Below, in pieces: positions 30,228 through 39,676 of a stretch of DNA of 64,000 nucleotides; positions within the stretch are counted from its first letter, which is position 1; each line of letters starts with the position of its first letter. The translations under genes and the position numbers were made by a program. The stretch lies in the NCBI GenBank assembly GCA_963664875.1, contig OY761611.1, positions 3,360,001 through 3,424,000 of the forward strand. The letters run 5' to 3'. This DNA is from Candidatus Kapaibacterium sp. GTDB taxonomy: Bacteria > Bacteroidota > Ignavibacteria > Kapaibacteriales > UBA2268. The notes below the pieces were generated by a model. The model did not search any database, was not told where the DNA came from, and saw only the letters and a program-made list of their open reading frames with translations.

Positions 30228-30360
30228 GCAGATAACGGACAGTATAAGAATAGTAGCCGACTGCGGGCTTTTTTTTGTCAAGATACACGAAAGCTGAGGC
30301 GGGCTACAACCGTTGAATTAACTACTATCACGGCTATTTGCTTTATACATTATTACCTGC
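30228..30360 (-). mobile_element. Integron attC-like recombination site
   Basis: On the minus strand: R'' GCAGGTAAT, inner arm GTATAAAGCAAATAGCCG, complementary arm CGGCTACTATTCTTATAC, R' GTTATCTGC. Begins 10 nt after the kinase stop. Confidence 0.7.
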
Positions 30361-30370
30361 TGGGCTTTTT

Positions 30371-31384
30371 TCAATTTAGTGTTGTTTCTTTAATTGTTTT
30401 AAAAAATACTTCATCCACCTTATCATCGGGTAAATTTGAATAACAATACTCTGTTTTTCTAATTCCATTCTTTTTAAAATCAATTACCCAGCCTGTTCTT
30501 TTTCGGAATTTATTAATTGAATAATTATCCTTATTACTTAGACCTTTCCAATTATCATTGTCAACATAGAACCAATCAATGGCGAAGTTGAGTTTTTCAA
30601 TAGATTGTCGAAATTCAACACAGTTCTGAAACCTGTTTATCTTATTTTTATGGATAGACTTATTCAGTACCTTAATTACTTTCTCAGGAATATGCGGAAG
30701 AAATTGCCGAGGAGGAAATAAATCTTTTTTTACAGCCTTTCTCCATTCATCTTTATTCGAAAAAGTAAATGGTAAATTATTCGTGTTATTCAATAAGCGA
30801 TAAAAAGTAATACCCATAGCATAAATATCACTTAATTTATCCATTGGGTTGCCTTCGATAACTTCTAATGGTTGATGAGGCTTGTATCCCATAACATCGC
30901 TCGGTTCTGAATGATAATTTATAGCTAAACCAAAATCAGATAATTTAGCTTCACCATTATCCCCGAACATGATATTTCCAGGTTTTATGTCTCGGTGTAA
31001 AACATTGTTATTATGAGCATATTCAAGTCCTAGTAAGCTTTGTTGAATAATTTTGCATGATTCTTTAGCGGAAATGAACCTTTTTTCAATATGTTTCTGT
31101 ATCGAACCTTTTTCAAGAAATTCCATTACAATTAAAACAACTGGCTCTGTATTGAAAATTATTGCTCTGACATCTTTTACATCAACTATATGTTTGTGTC
31201 TGCACAAATCAAGTGTTCGACCTTCTCTTACTGCATTTACAAATTTATCGGGGTCTGGCACTTTAATTACTTTTACTGCAATTTCTTTTTGAAGAAATGG
31301 GTCAAAGCATAAATAAACATGTCCAAAGAAACCATTTCCTAAATGGCGAATAATTTGGAATTTATCGAGTTTAGTCCCTTTCAT
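30371..31384 (-). CDS. Hanks-type Ser/Thr protein kinase, cytoplasmic, with a short extra C-terminal domain
   Basis: GNGFFG, IAVK, HRDIKPGN, DFG, PLE and DIYAMG; no transmembrane segment. Confidence 0.92.
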   Translation of the reverse strand: MKGTKLDKFQIIRHLGNGFFGHVYLCFDPFLQKEIAVKVIKVPDPDKFVNAVREGRTLDLCRHKHIVDVKDVRAIIFNTEPVVLIVMEFLEKGSIQKHIEKRFISAKESCKIIQQSLLGLEYAHNNNVLHRDIKPGNIMFGDNGEAKLSDFGLAINYHSEPSDVMGYKPHQPLEVIEGNPMDKLSDIYAMGITFYRLLNNTNNLPFTFSNKDEWRKAVKKDLFPPRQFLPHIPEKVIKVLNKSIHKNKINRFQNCVEFRQSIEKLNFAIDWFYVDNDNWKGLSNKDNYSINKFRKRTGWVIDFKKNGIRKTEYCYSNLPDDKVDEVFFKTIKETTLN

Positions 31385-31839
31385 TACATTAAATTAAACC
31401 ATGCTACCAAAACAGCTTCTTTTGTCGGCTTATCCCAATAAGGAGGATGAGTGCCAATTATTCCATCAATATATGCGTAAACATCAGTCTTCTTAGTTTG
31501 TCCGAATTTGGTAGCATTTATCGCTTGTGGAGAATATGAGTTTATTTGAATATTTCTCTTTTTAGCAAGTAAATTTAAAATCGCCTGTGGATAACACGAA
31601 TTCCTAACTTGGTCAAGTGTTGATATTGTCAATGAAATTTTGTGACTTAACAAATCTGGACTATGCTTATCAATAATCAAGGAAAGTTGAGTTTCAAACC
31701 ATTCCATTAAATCAGCGGTATCCATGTTATTTGGATAAACGATTTTGTTTTTTTCGATAATGGTCGGTGGTTTGGTTTGGTTTCCTAAAACACAGTATCG
31801 AAAATCATTCTTTGTAAAATTAAATCCTATTGCTATCAT
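31384..31839 (-). CDS. RuvC/RNase-H-fold protein with degenerate catalytic residues
   Basis: Aligns by eye with RuvC (IAIGFNF vs ILGIDPG, IIDKHSPD vs IITQFQPD, YSPQAI vs YAARQV, KEAVLVA vs ADALAIA). Its stop overlaps the kinase start (TAATG). Confidence 0.6.
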   Translation of the reverse strand: MIAIGFNFTKNDFRYCVLGNQTKPPTIIEKNKIVYPNNMDTADLMEWFETQLSLIIDKHSPDLLSHKISLTISTLDQVRNSCYPQAILNLLAKKRNIQINSYSPQAINATKFGQTKKTDVYAYIDGIIGTHPPYWDKPTKEAVLVAWFNLM

Positions 31840-32003
31840 AGTTTCTCTGTCTTTTTAGCCTGACCGCAAACTCATTTATCTACATACTCTCAATAAATGA
31901 TAAGCTAAAATAAGAAATTCTTGAAATAAAAAAAAATAATCATTGGATACATTCTTATAAACAACAATAAAATAGAGAATTGTGTATGAACCACGAACAA
32001 CTA

Positions 32004-32043
32004 CTGCTATTTCATCATCTCGCACCATGCCATTACACTTCGA
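32004..32043 (-). repeat. Dispersed fourth copy of the REP/RHS-core junction
   Basis: Minus strand TCGAAGTGTAATGGCATGGTGCGAGATGATGAAATAGCAG is 37/40 identical to copy 2 and 36/40 to copy 1. Confidence 0.8.
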
Positions 32044-32471
32044 TACTTTACCTCGACAAAGCTCGGCATAAACTAAGCTCAGCACATCGCTCGCTTTGCT
32101 CGCGGTCATCGTGCAAATAAAATGAGTCGAGATGCAGTGCCCTATTGCGTCTCACTCTTGTCGCCCTTACAGGGTTAAGGGATCAGAAGAATATTATATC
32201 CATGACGATGCCATGGACTACGTTTTTGGGGCTTTCAGCCTTCTTGTTTCTGTAATATTTTGCACAATATCTGCATGAAACTTATTTATGAGGTTGTCAC
32301 ATAAGTACTATTTAGATATTATTAGACAAACTTAGTGAAAAACATTAGTGTAAAAGGAGGCTGAAAGCCTCAGATATATTAGCCCGGGGCAGCGCCCCGG
32401 GAAAGATAAGACATTGAAATATAGAGCCCTGTAAGGGCGACCAGTTTGAGACGCAATCATTGCGTCTCTAC
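32036..32471. repeat. Cluster of REP-like palindromes, including a ~115-bp imperfect inverted pair (32127..32243 and 32356..32471)
   Basis: GGCTGAAAGCC, CCCGGGGCAGCGCCCCGGG, GCCCTGTAAGGGC and GAGACGCAATCATTGCGTCTC units, with a degenerate reverse copy. Confidence 0.75.
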
Positions 32472-32540
32472 ATTAGATTGTCTAGTGTATTGAGTAATCT
32501 TCAAGTTAATATAGATTATTTTGACTTATGCGTCAGTCTC
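32290..32540. mobile_element. Degenerate MITE shell of the 9712/60376 family with different REP cargo
   Basis: Ends GAGGTTGTCACATAAGT and TTTTGACTTATGCGTCAGTCTC. Confidence 0.5.
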
Positions 32541-32621
32541 TATGTTTTGAAAATAGACTTCTGAGACGTAAAGTAATGAGACTCATCAAAGCTACTATTT
32601 CCTTTAAATAGAGGAGTACTT

Positions 32622-33608
32622 CTACTTCTTCTTTAGTTTTTGTACAGCACGTTTTTTTATCATTCCGCCCTTTGTATCTCTTATACTGTTCATAATTACG
32701 AAAGCATGCGGGTCAATTTTATCTAACTCTGTTTGCAGTTTGGCAATCTCGAGCCTTGTTACCACAGTGTAAAGTATATCCTGTTTTGCAGTTCTTTCTC
32801 CTTCAGGAGTAAAGCCTCGAGAGCCATGGTAAATTGTAACTCCATGACCAAGAGTATTTGTCAGCATTTTCCTTACTTCTTCTGTTTGATGCGAGATAAT
32901 GCTGATTCCCGTGTATTCTTCGATACCTTCTATTACAAAATCTACAGTTTTGGAGGCTGCCATGTAAGTCAAAATAGCGTATAATGCTATTTCAATAGAT
33001 AGTATGTAAGCTCCGACAGAAAATATCATAATATTGAATATCAAAATAATATCGCCAACGGTCAGCCTAAGCCGCTTACTTAAAAATATTGCGAGTATCT
33101 CAGTGCCGTCGAGCACCGCACCTCCTCTGATGGCAAGGCCTATGCCGGCTCCAAGGAAAAAACCTCCAAATGCGGCTACTAAAAGTTTGTCATTAGTAAT
33201 TGGAGGATAAGGTACAAAATGTACCGCGAGAGCTAAACCGATAATAGCCAACAGCGATTTAATAACGAAGCTTTGACCAATCTGAGAGTAACCCATAATC
33301 AAAAATGGCAGATTGATAACAATTAAAAGTACAGATAGACCAACACCGGATACTTCCGACGTTAGTAGGGATATACCTGTTACGCCGCCATCAATAAAGC
33401 CGTTGGGAAGTAAAAAACTACTTAAGCCAAATCCGGCAGAGGCTACTCCGAGCATTATAAATAAATATTCTTTTATTTTATGGATATACTCTATTACTGT
33501 ATCTCTGAATATATCATCAAAACTATAGTCCGATTGAGCACTATAGCCCCGCTCTTTGATTATTTGTTTTACTTTTTTCGAAATAATAAATTGAAAAAAT
33601 GGGTTCAT
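32622..33608 (-). CDS. YitT family membrane protein (DUF2179)
   Basis: FLLPNGFIDGGVTGIS, INLPF, GGAVLDGTEILA, IDPHAF. Confidence 0.92.
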   Translation of the reverse strand: MNPFFQFIISKKVKQIIKERGYSAQSDYSFDDIFRDTVIEYIHKIKEYLFIMLGVASAGFGLSSFLLPNGFIDGGVTGISLLTSEVSGVGLSVLLIVINLPFLIMGYSQIGQSFVIKSLLAIIGLALAVHFVPYPPITNDKLLVAAFGGFFLGAGIGLAIRGGAVLDGTEILAIFLSKRLRLTVGDIILIFNIMIFSVGAYILSIEIALYAILTYMAASKTVDFVIEGIEEYTGISIISHQTEEVRKMLTNTLGHGVTIYHGSRGFTPEGERTAKQDILYTVVTRLEIAKLQTELDKIDPHAFVIMNSIRDTKGGMIKKRAVQKLKKK

Positions 33609-33725
33609 TGCTGGCTCGTCTATATAATATGATAATAATAAATATAACGATTTTTGTTATATTTTCCTTTCTATACAGACTGATTTATTTTACGCTAGTC
33701 TCAGGCAGACTTAATTGGAGAAAAA

Positions 33726-34772
33726 ATGATATACAGACCGAATGTAATCAGAGAAAAACTAAATTTGAAGCGTTCTGTTTATCCGCTTTTTGTGTTATTG
33801 GCTGTTGTTATTGGTGGCACTTATGGGTATATGCTTTTGGGGGCTGACCAAAACACTACTTTTATTGACGGATTATACATGACTTGGATTACAATAGCGA
33901 CAATCGGATATTCTGAAGTTATAGAGTTAGATGCAAGCGGACGTGTTTTTACCATGATAGTTGGAGCACTTGGCATCGGCAGCTTATTTTATATTTTAGG
34001 CGTTTTTATGGAAAATCTTGTCGCAGTACAGTTGTTGAACCTAAGAGGAAATAAAAAGGTGAAAAAAAAGATTGACGAAATGAATAATCACATTATAGTA
34101 GTCGGATTGGGAAGAGTGGGTAATCTGACTGCTTCGGAATTGAAATCAAAGGGAATAGATTGCGTTGTTGTCAGCAATAAATTCGAAGAAAAAGAGAAAT
34201 CTATACTTAATGAGCATGTGTTAGCAATAGAGGGTGATGCCACAGAAGATGAGATATTACAAGCTGCCGGAATCAAAAGAGCGAAAGGTATTATAATTAC
34301 TACAGCCAATGCAGCGACTACTCTATTTGTGGTATTGAGTGCAAAAGAATTAAATCCAAATATTTTTGTTGTAGCTCGAGCCGACGAAGACAGTACAATA
34401 AATAAATTGAAACGTGCAGGTGCAGACCGAGTAGTCAATCCATACTCCACCGGTGGCCAGCGACTTGCCAATTTTGTAATCAAGCCACATGTTGTAGATT
34501 TTTTCGAATCGAGCTTTGGCTATGGGGAGTATGATTTGACTTTAGAATCTATCGACTTGCCCGATCATTGCAAGTGGTTCAATAAGTCCCTTAAAGAGTT
34601 AAATCTTAGAGTAGTAGCCGGAGCAAGTGTTTTAGCAGTCATTCGTGAAGGAAAGCCAATACTTAATCCGGGTGCAAATTTTGTTTTCCTCAAAAATGAT
34701 AAATTACTTGCATTTGGGACTCAATCTCAGTTGAAAAAATTAGAAGACTATATGACAATTGAGGAATATTAG
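33726..34772 (+). CDS. Potassium channel protein (Ion_trans_2, TrkA-N, TrkA-C)
   Basis: Pore motif TIATIGYSE, GLGRVG Rossmann motif, GDAT, AGADRVVNP. Confidence 0.9.
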   Translation: MIYRPNVIREKLNLKRSVYPLFVLLAVVIGGTYGYMLLGADQNTTFIDGLYMTWITIATIGYSEVIELDASGRVFTMIVGALGIGSLFYILGVFMENLVAVQLLNLRGNKKVKKKIDEMNNHIIVVGLGRVGNLTASELKSKGIDCVVVSNKFEEKEKSILNEHVLAIEGDATEDEILQAAGIKRAKGIIITTANAATTLFVVLSAKELNPNIFVVARADEDSTINKLKRAGADRVVNPYSTGGQRLANFVIKPHVVDFFESSFGYGEYDLTLESIDLPDHCKWFNKSLKELNLRVVAGASVLAVIREGKPILNPGANFVFLKNDKLLAFGTQSQLKKLEDYMTIEEY

Positions 34773-35299
34773 AATGCTATATATCATAAAAATTACATTG
34801 CTCTAAGCGAATGTGAATTTCTAAATGAATAATATGGCTTACAAAATATACAAAATTATAATAATCAGGAAACAATATAGTCTTGGCTAATATTTTCTAG
34901 TGAATCAAACCATCAATTCATATATATATCTTTATGTGTAAGTTGTTGTAAATTAGGAGCATACAAATATATATCCGATGTTAACCACTTACAATTGGCA
35001 ATATTAGCTTTCGTTTGTAGCATCTACCACAAGAAGAGCATTAAAAGATTAAATAGTCTTATTATATTCTGAAAAAATACAATTCTGTAACAATAATGTT
35101 GCACAATTTCTTCAAACGAATTCTTAATAATTCTTTCCTATTTGTTTGCCATTTTAAAATGGCAATCCCAAGACGCGGAAGAAAATACCTCCATAACACC
35201 TAATGTCAATAAAAATCAGATGCTTAGAAATACTTCCTGAGAGTTGAAGCATAGATATTTTTTTGCTGGAATTTCAAAGATATTATTTATATCGAGATT

Positions 35300-35614
35300 T
35301 GTCATTAGAACTCAAAAAATACTTAAATACGGAATCATTGAAGAGGTCGTCTCCTAATCAATTTAAGATATTTATAATTCAACAACTACACTTCGGCAAG
35401 CTCAGCACAACGCTTCCCAAGAAGTGGAATTGAAAGCGGCATAAGTTCTTATAACTGCTTTTATATGAAAGAATTAAAAATTCCCCTCTTGAGGGGTGGC
35501 ATGCGAAGCATGACGGTGTGGAAAAATGAATCTACATTTATACAATGCACATTTTGGCTTCTGAGACAGCCTCCCAATAAGCAAGATACTGACTTGAATA
35601 GGTTTCTAATGATA
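35300..35614. mobile_element. MITE of the same family with outer IR and a third REP cargo
   Basis: Left end TGTCATTAGAA..ATTGAAGAGGTCGTCTC, right end CTTCTGAGACAGCCTCCCAATA..TTCTAATGATA; internal CTTCGGCAAGCTCAG and CCCCTCTTGAGGGG. Confidence 0.6.
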
Positions 35615-36003
35615 TTTCGGGCTAAAGAAATTTACTACCTTAATATATAATATCACGACCTAACATATTGGAATCTCATGCCGGCTCTCTTAGGAAAAGC
35701 TGATTGTAAAAATTAGCATTGCCTAAGTCTTCAAAAAATCTTTACTCTTGATATTAATATTTAGTAATTGCAGATTGCTGCTATTGTACAATAAAATCAC
35801 TCTCGCTATTTTCCGGACGTGTTCTAAAATTAACTGTTTCCCATATTTGTTTGTTTTAGAGCTTGTGTGTGAAATCCGGAATATTTATTTCAAGTGCGGG
35901 AGTTATTCCCATAGTAATTCCCGCACTGATATTCCAAAAAGGTATTTCCAAAATAGAAATTGAAAATTATTTGAATAGATTTTTGCTATCTGAGGAGAAT
36001 GTT

Positions 36004-36549
36004 ATGTCAGAAGTCCAAAAATGTTGCAACTGTCAGCACGAACAAACCGAAGAAGAATTATTAGTGATTCTTGAGGATGTTCTAAATGACTATAAAGACA
36101 AACCGGGAGCGTTAATCCCTGTTTTGCAAATAGCTCAAAATATGTTCGGCTACTTGCCGGAAGCAGCTCTTAAAAAAATTGCTTTAAAAATGGAAAAACC
36201 ATACAGCGAGGTTGCAGGTGTGGTAAGTTTCTATTCTTTCTTTTCTACAGTGCCTCGCGGTAAATATGTGATTCGCATTTGTCTTGGTACAGCTTGCTAC
36301 GTACGTGGCGGAAAAGATGTCTTAGATGCATTTAAAACCAAATTGAAAATTGATGTAGGCGGAACTACCGATGACCGCTTGTTTTCTCTCGATGTCGGAA
36401 GATGCTTTGGTGCATGCGGTTTAGCACCGGTTATAATGGTTAACGACGAAACATTCGAAAGAGTAAAACCGGACAGAATAGAACAAATAATCGGCATATT
36501 CCAGAAGAAAGAGCAGGAAGAAAACATCGAGGAGAACGTAAATGGCTAA
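36004..36549 (+). CDS. hydC: [FeFe]-hydrogenase subunit HydC (NuoE-like [2Fe-2S])
   Basis: LIPVLQIAQ, CLGTACYVRG, CFGACGLAP; GAGGAG RBS before ATG 36004. Confidence 0.9.
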   Translation: MSEVQKCCNCQHEQTEEELLVILEDVLNDYKDKPGALIPVLQIAQNMFGYLPEAALKKIALKMEKPYSEVAGVVSFYSFFSTVPRGKYVIRICLGTACYVRGGKDVLDAFKTKLKIDVGGTTDDRLFSLDVGRCFGACGLAPVIMVNDETFERVKPDRIEQIIGIFQKKEQEENIEENVNG

Positions 36550-39500
36550 TATAAATTTCAAATCAGCTCAGGATTTGCTCAAATATAGAGAGCATCTCAA
36601 ACAAGAAACTGAAAACTCTAAAATACAGAGAAGAATCTTAGTATGTACAGGCGGTGGTTGCCTTGCATCAGGTTCACAAAAAGTAAAAGATAAATTTGAA
36701 GCCATTCTTGGCGAAAAAGGCTATGATACTGTCCAGGTAAAAGGCACAGGCTGCCTTGGTCCTTGTGTCAAAGGCCCTATCGTAGTGATGGAACATGACA
36801 ACACTTTCTACCAAGATGTCAGACCTGATGATGTTGCCGAATTGATTAGTTCGCATGTAGAAAACGGCGAAATTGTAGAAAGACTGAATTGGAAAAAAGA
36901 TGCAGATATGGCTGCAATTCCAAAAATGGACGATATCGAATTTTTCAAATCACAGACTAAAATAGTTTTACGCAACTGTGGAAAAATAGATCCTGTCAGT
37001 ATAAATGACTATATCGAAATAGGTGGATATGCTGCTGTTGCAAAATCTCTTACTGAACTCACACCCGACCAGGTATTGGAAGAAATGAAAAAATCAGGTC
37101 TTCGTGGTCGTGGTGGAGCAGGTTTTCCTACTTGGATGAAATGGGGATTTGCCAAACGCAATGAGTCTGACCAAAAATATATGCTCTGTAATGCTGATGA
37201 AGGCGATCCGGGTGCATTTATGGACAGATCTGTGCTCGAAGGCGACCCTCACAGCTTAATCGAAGGTATGGTAATCGGTGCTTATTGCATCGGTGCTTCC
37301 CAAGGTTATGTATATGTACGAGCTGAGTATCCTTTAGCAGTAGAACGTTTGCAAATAGCCATCGATTCAGCTCGAGATATGGGCTTGCTTGGCAATAACA
37401 TACTTGGCTCTGATTTTTGCTTTGACTTGGAAATTAGAATGGGTTCCGGTGCATTTGTTTGCGGTGAAGAAACTGCTCTGATTGCTTCTATCGAAGGTAA
37501 AAGAGGCGAGCCTCGTCCACGTCCGCCATTTCCGGCAGATAAAGGTCTTTGGGGCAAACCAACAGTACTCAATAACGTTGAAACTTATGCCAATATTGCT
37601 GAAATCATATTAAAAGGCGGAGAGTATTTCGCTTCTTTCGGTACTGAGAAGAGTAAAGGTACAAAAGTATTTGCTCTTTCAGGGGCAATCAATAATTCAG
37701 GCCTTGTAGAAGTACCGGTAGGGACTACACTCGGCGAATTAGTGTTCGACATAGGAAATGGCATTCCTAATGGTAAAAATTACAAAGCTGCTCAGGTTGG
37801 TGGTCCTTCCGGTGGATGTGTTCCAAAAGAACATCTCAACGTGAAACTTGACTACGAATCTTTGCAGGAACTTGGTGCTATCATGGGTTCAGGTGGTCTG
37901 GTTGTAATGGACGAAGATACTTGTATGGTTGACGTTGCACGTTTCTTCCTCGAATTTTCTCAAGAGGAGTCTTGTGGTAAATGCGTGCCTTGCCGAGTTG
38001 GTACTAAACGTATGTTAGAAATATTAGAAAGAATTTGCGATGGCAAAGGCGAACCTGATGATATAGAAAAACTAATAACACTAGGTGAGCAAATCAAAGA
38101 AACTGCACTTTGCGGTCTCGGCCAAACTGCTCCAAATCCGGTGCTTTCTACAATAAGACATTTCAGACATGAGTACGAACAGCACATCCATCAGAAACAT
38201 TGCGAAGCAGGTGTTTGTCGCGGTCTTGTACGTGCCCCATGCCAATCAGCATGTCCTGCTCACGTAGATGTTCCGGGATTTGTATCGCTTGTCGGCGAGA
38301 AACGCTATGCAGAAGCATTGAGATTGCACAGAGAACGCAATCCGTTTGCAGCAGTATGCGCAAGAGTTTGTTTCCATACCTGCGAAGATAAATGCCGTAG
38401 AGCAACTTTAGATGATCCTGTTTCTATCAGAGCATTAAAACGATTTATGGTTGATCAGGAAATTACTATTCAACTTCCTGAAGTCAGAGAAAATGAAAAC
38501 AACGCAAAACGCAAAATAGCCATTATTGGTGCAGGACCAGCAGGTCTTACATGTGGCTACTTCTTGGCAAGATTGGGATACAAACCGACTGTATTTGAAG
38601 CAGAACACAGACCGGGTGGTATGTTAGTACAAACTATCCCTTCTTATAGATTGCCGAGAGAGATTCTCGCTCGTGAAATCCGTATGATTGAAAATCTTGG
38701 TGTGGATATCCAATGTGATAAAAAGCTGGGTAGAGACTTCTGGATTGAAGATTTGAGAAAAGAAGGCTACGAAGCAGTATTTATTGCAATCGGTACTCCA
38801 AAAGGTGTATGTTTGGATCTGCCGGGAGGCAATCACTCAGACGTTCACAACGCGATGGACTTCCTTAAAACATATAATCTAAGAGGCTCCGCTCCAATTA
38901 AAAACAAGATTATCATCGTTGGTGGTGGTAATGCTGCCATGGATTCAGCAAGGTCTGCTATCCGACTTGGTGCCGAAAGTGTAACAGTAGTTTACAGAAG
39001 AAGCCAAGAACAAATGCCTGCATATACCGAAGAAATCGAAGAAGCATTGCAGGAAGGCGTTAAAGTTATGGCTTTGACCAACCCTAAAGAAATAATTATC
39101 AAAGATGATAAGATTGTGGGTGTTAAATGTCAAAGCATGACGCTTGGCGATTTCGACAGCTCAGGAAGAAGAAGAGCTATCAGAAGCGAAGACGAATTCG
39201 TACTTGAGGCAGATCAGGTAATTATGGCTTGCGGTCAGGACTTTGATGATAGTTTGATACCGCAGGGAACAAGATTAGATATGATTGGCGATAAGAGTAT
39301 TGTCGTTAATCCTGTAACACAGCAAACATCAGTGCCTTGGGTATTCTCAGGTGGCGATGCAGCGGGTAATTTTGAAAGAACAGTAATCGAAGCTATTGCA
39401 GCGGGCGAAAGAGCAGCTGTTGGTATCGATGAGTTCTTGACCGGTGATAAACACGCATTCTGGAGAGAAGATTGGAAAATCGATACATACTTCGATCCTG

Positions 39501-39652
39501 ATGCCGAACCGGTACCGTACAAACGTGCAAAATTGCCTCTACTATCAGTGGACAGACGTAAAAACAACTTCCAGGAAGTTGAGCAAAACTGGAGTGAAGC
39601 TGAAACTATCCGTCAGGCTGAAAGATGCTTGCGCTGTGACTATTCTTGTTAA
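36542..39652 (+). CDS. hydB: [FeFe]-hydrogenase diaphorase subunit HydB (NuoF-like) fused to a GltD/NfnB-like FAD oxidoreductase
   Basis: SGLRGRGGAGFP, CNADEGDPG, CGEETAL, ESCGKCVPCR, followed by PCQSACP, IGAGPAG, GGGNAAMD and ERCLRC. Confidence 0.88.
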   Translation: MANINFKSAQDLLKYREHLKQETENSKIQRRILVCTGGGCLASGSQKVKDKFEAILGEKGYDTVQVKGTGCLGPCVKGPIVVMEHDNTFYQDVRPDDVAELISSHVENGEIVERLNWKKDADMAAIPKMDDIEFFKSQTKIVLRNCGKIDPVSINDYIEIGGYAAVAKSLTELTPDQVLEEMKKSGLRGRGGAGFPTWMKWGFAKRNESDQKYMLCNADEGDPGAFMDRSVLEGDPHSLIEGMVIGAYCIGASQGYVYVRAEYPLAVERLQIAIDSARDMGLLGNNILGSDFCFDLEIRMGSGAFVCGEETALIASIEGKRGEPRPRPPFPADKGLWGKPTVLNNVETYANIAEIILKGGEYFASFGTEKSKGTKVFALSGAINNSGLVEVPVGTTLGELVFDIGNGIPNGKNYKAAQVGGPSGGCVPKEHLNVKLDYESLQELGAIMGSGGLVVMDEDTCMVDVARFFLEFSQEESCGKCVPCRVGTKRMLEILERICDGKGEPDDIEKLITLGEQIKETALCGLGQTAPNPVLSTIRHFRHEYEQHIHQKHCEAGVCRGLVRAPCQSACPAHVDVPGFVSLVGEKRYAEALRLHRERNPFAAVCARVCFHTCEDKCRRATLDDPVSIRALKRFMVDQEITIQLPEVRENENNAKRKIAIIGAGPAGLTCGYFLARLGYKPTVFEAEHRPGGMLVQTIPSYRLPREILAREIRMIENLGVDIQCDKKLGRDFWIEDLRKEGYEAVFIAIGTPKGVCLDLPGGNHSDVHNAMDFLKTYNLRGSAPIKNKIIIVGGGNAAMDSARSAIRLGAESVTVVYRRSQEQMPAYTEEIEEALQEGVKVMALTNPKEIIIKDDKIVGVKCQSMTLGDFDSSGRRRAIRSEDEFVLEADQVIMACGQDFDDSLIPQGTRLDMIGDKSIVVNPVTQQTSVPWVFSGGDAAGNFERTVIEAIAAGERAAVGIDEFLTGDKHAFWREDWKIDTYFDPDAEPVPYKRAKLPLLSVDRRKNNFQEVEQNWSEAETIRQAERCLRCDYSC

Positions 39653-39676
39653 TCAGAAAATCGGAGTTTAAATATA

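Noticed and set aside
31876-32109. 77-aa ORF as a real gene
   Set aside because: It is composed of nested REP sequence plus an RHS fragment and AT-rich spacer
35465-35963. Short ORFs 35465..35650 and 35748..35963, and 9615..9815
   Set aside because: They run through MITE/REP or promoter DNA and have no protein-like features
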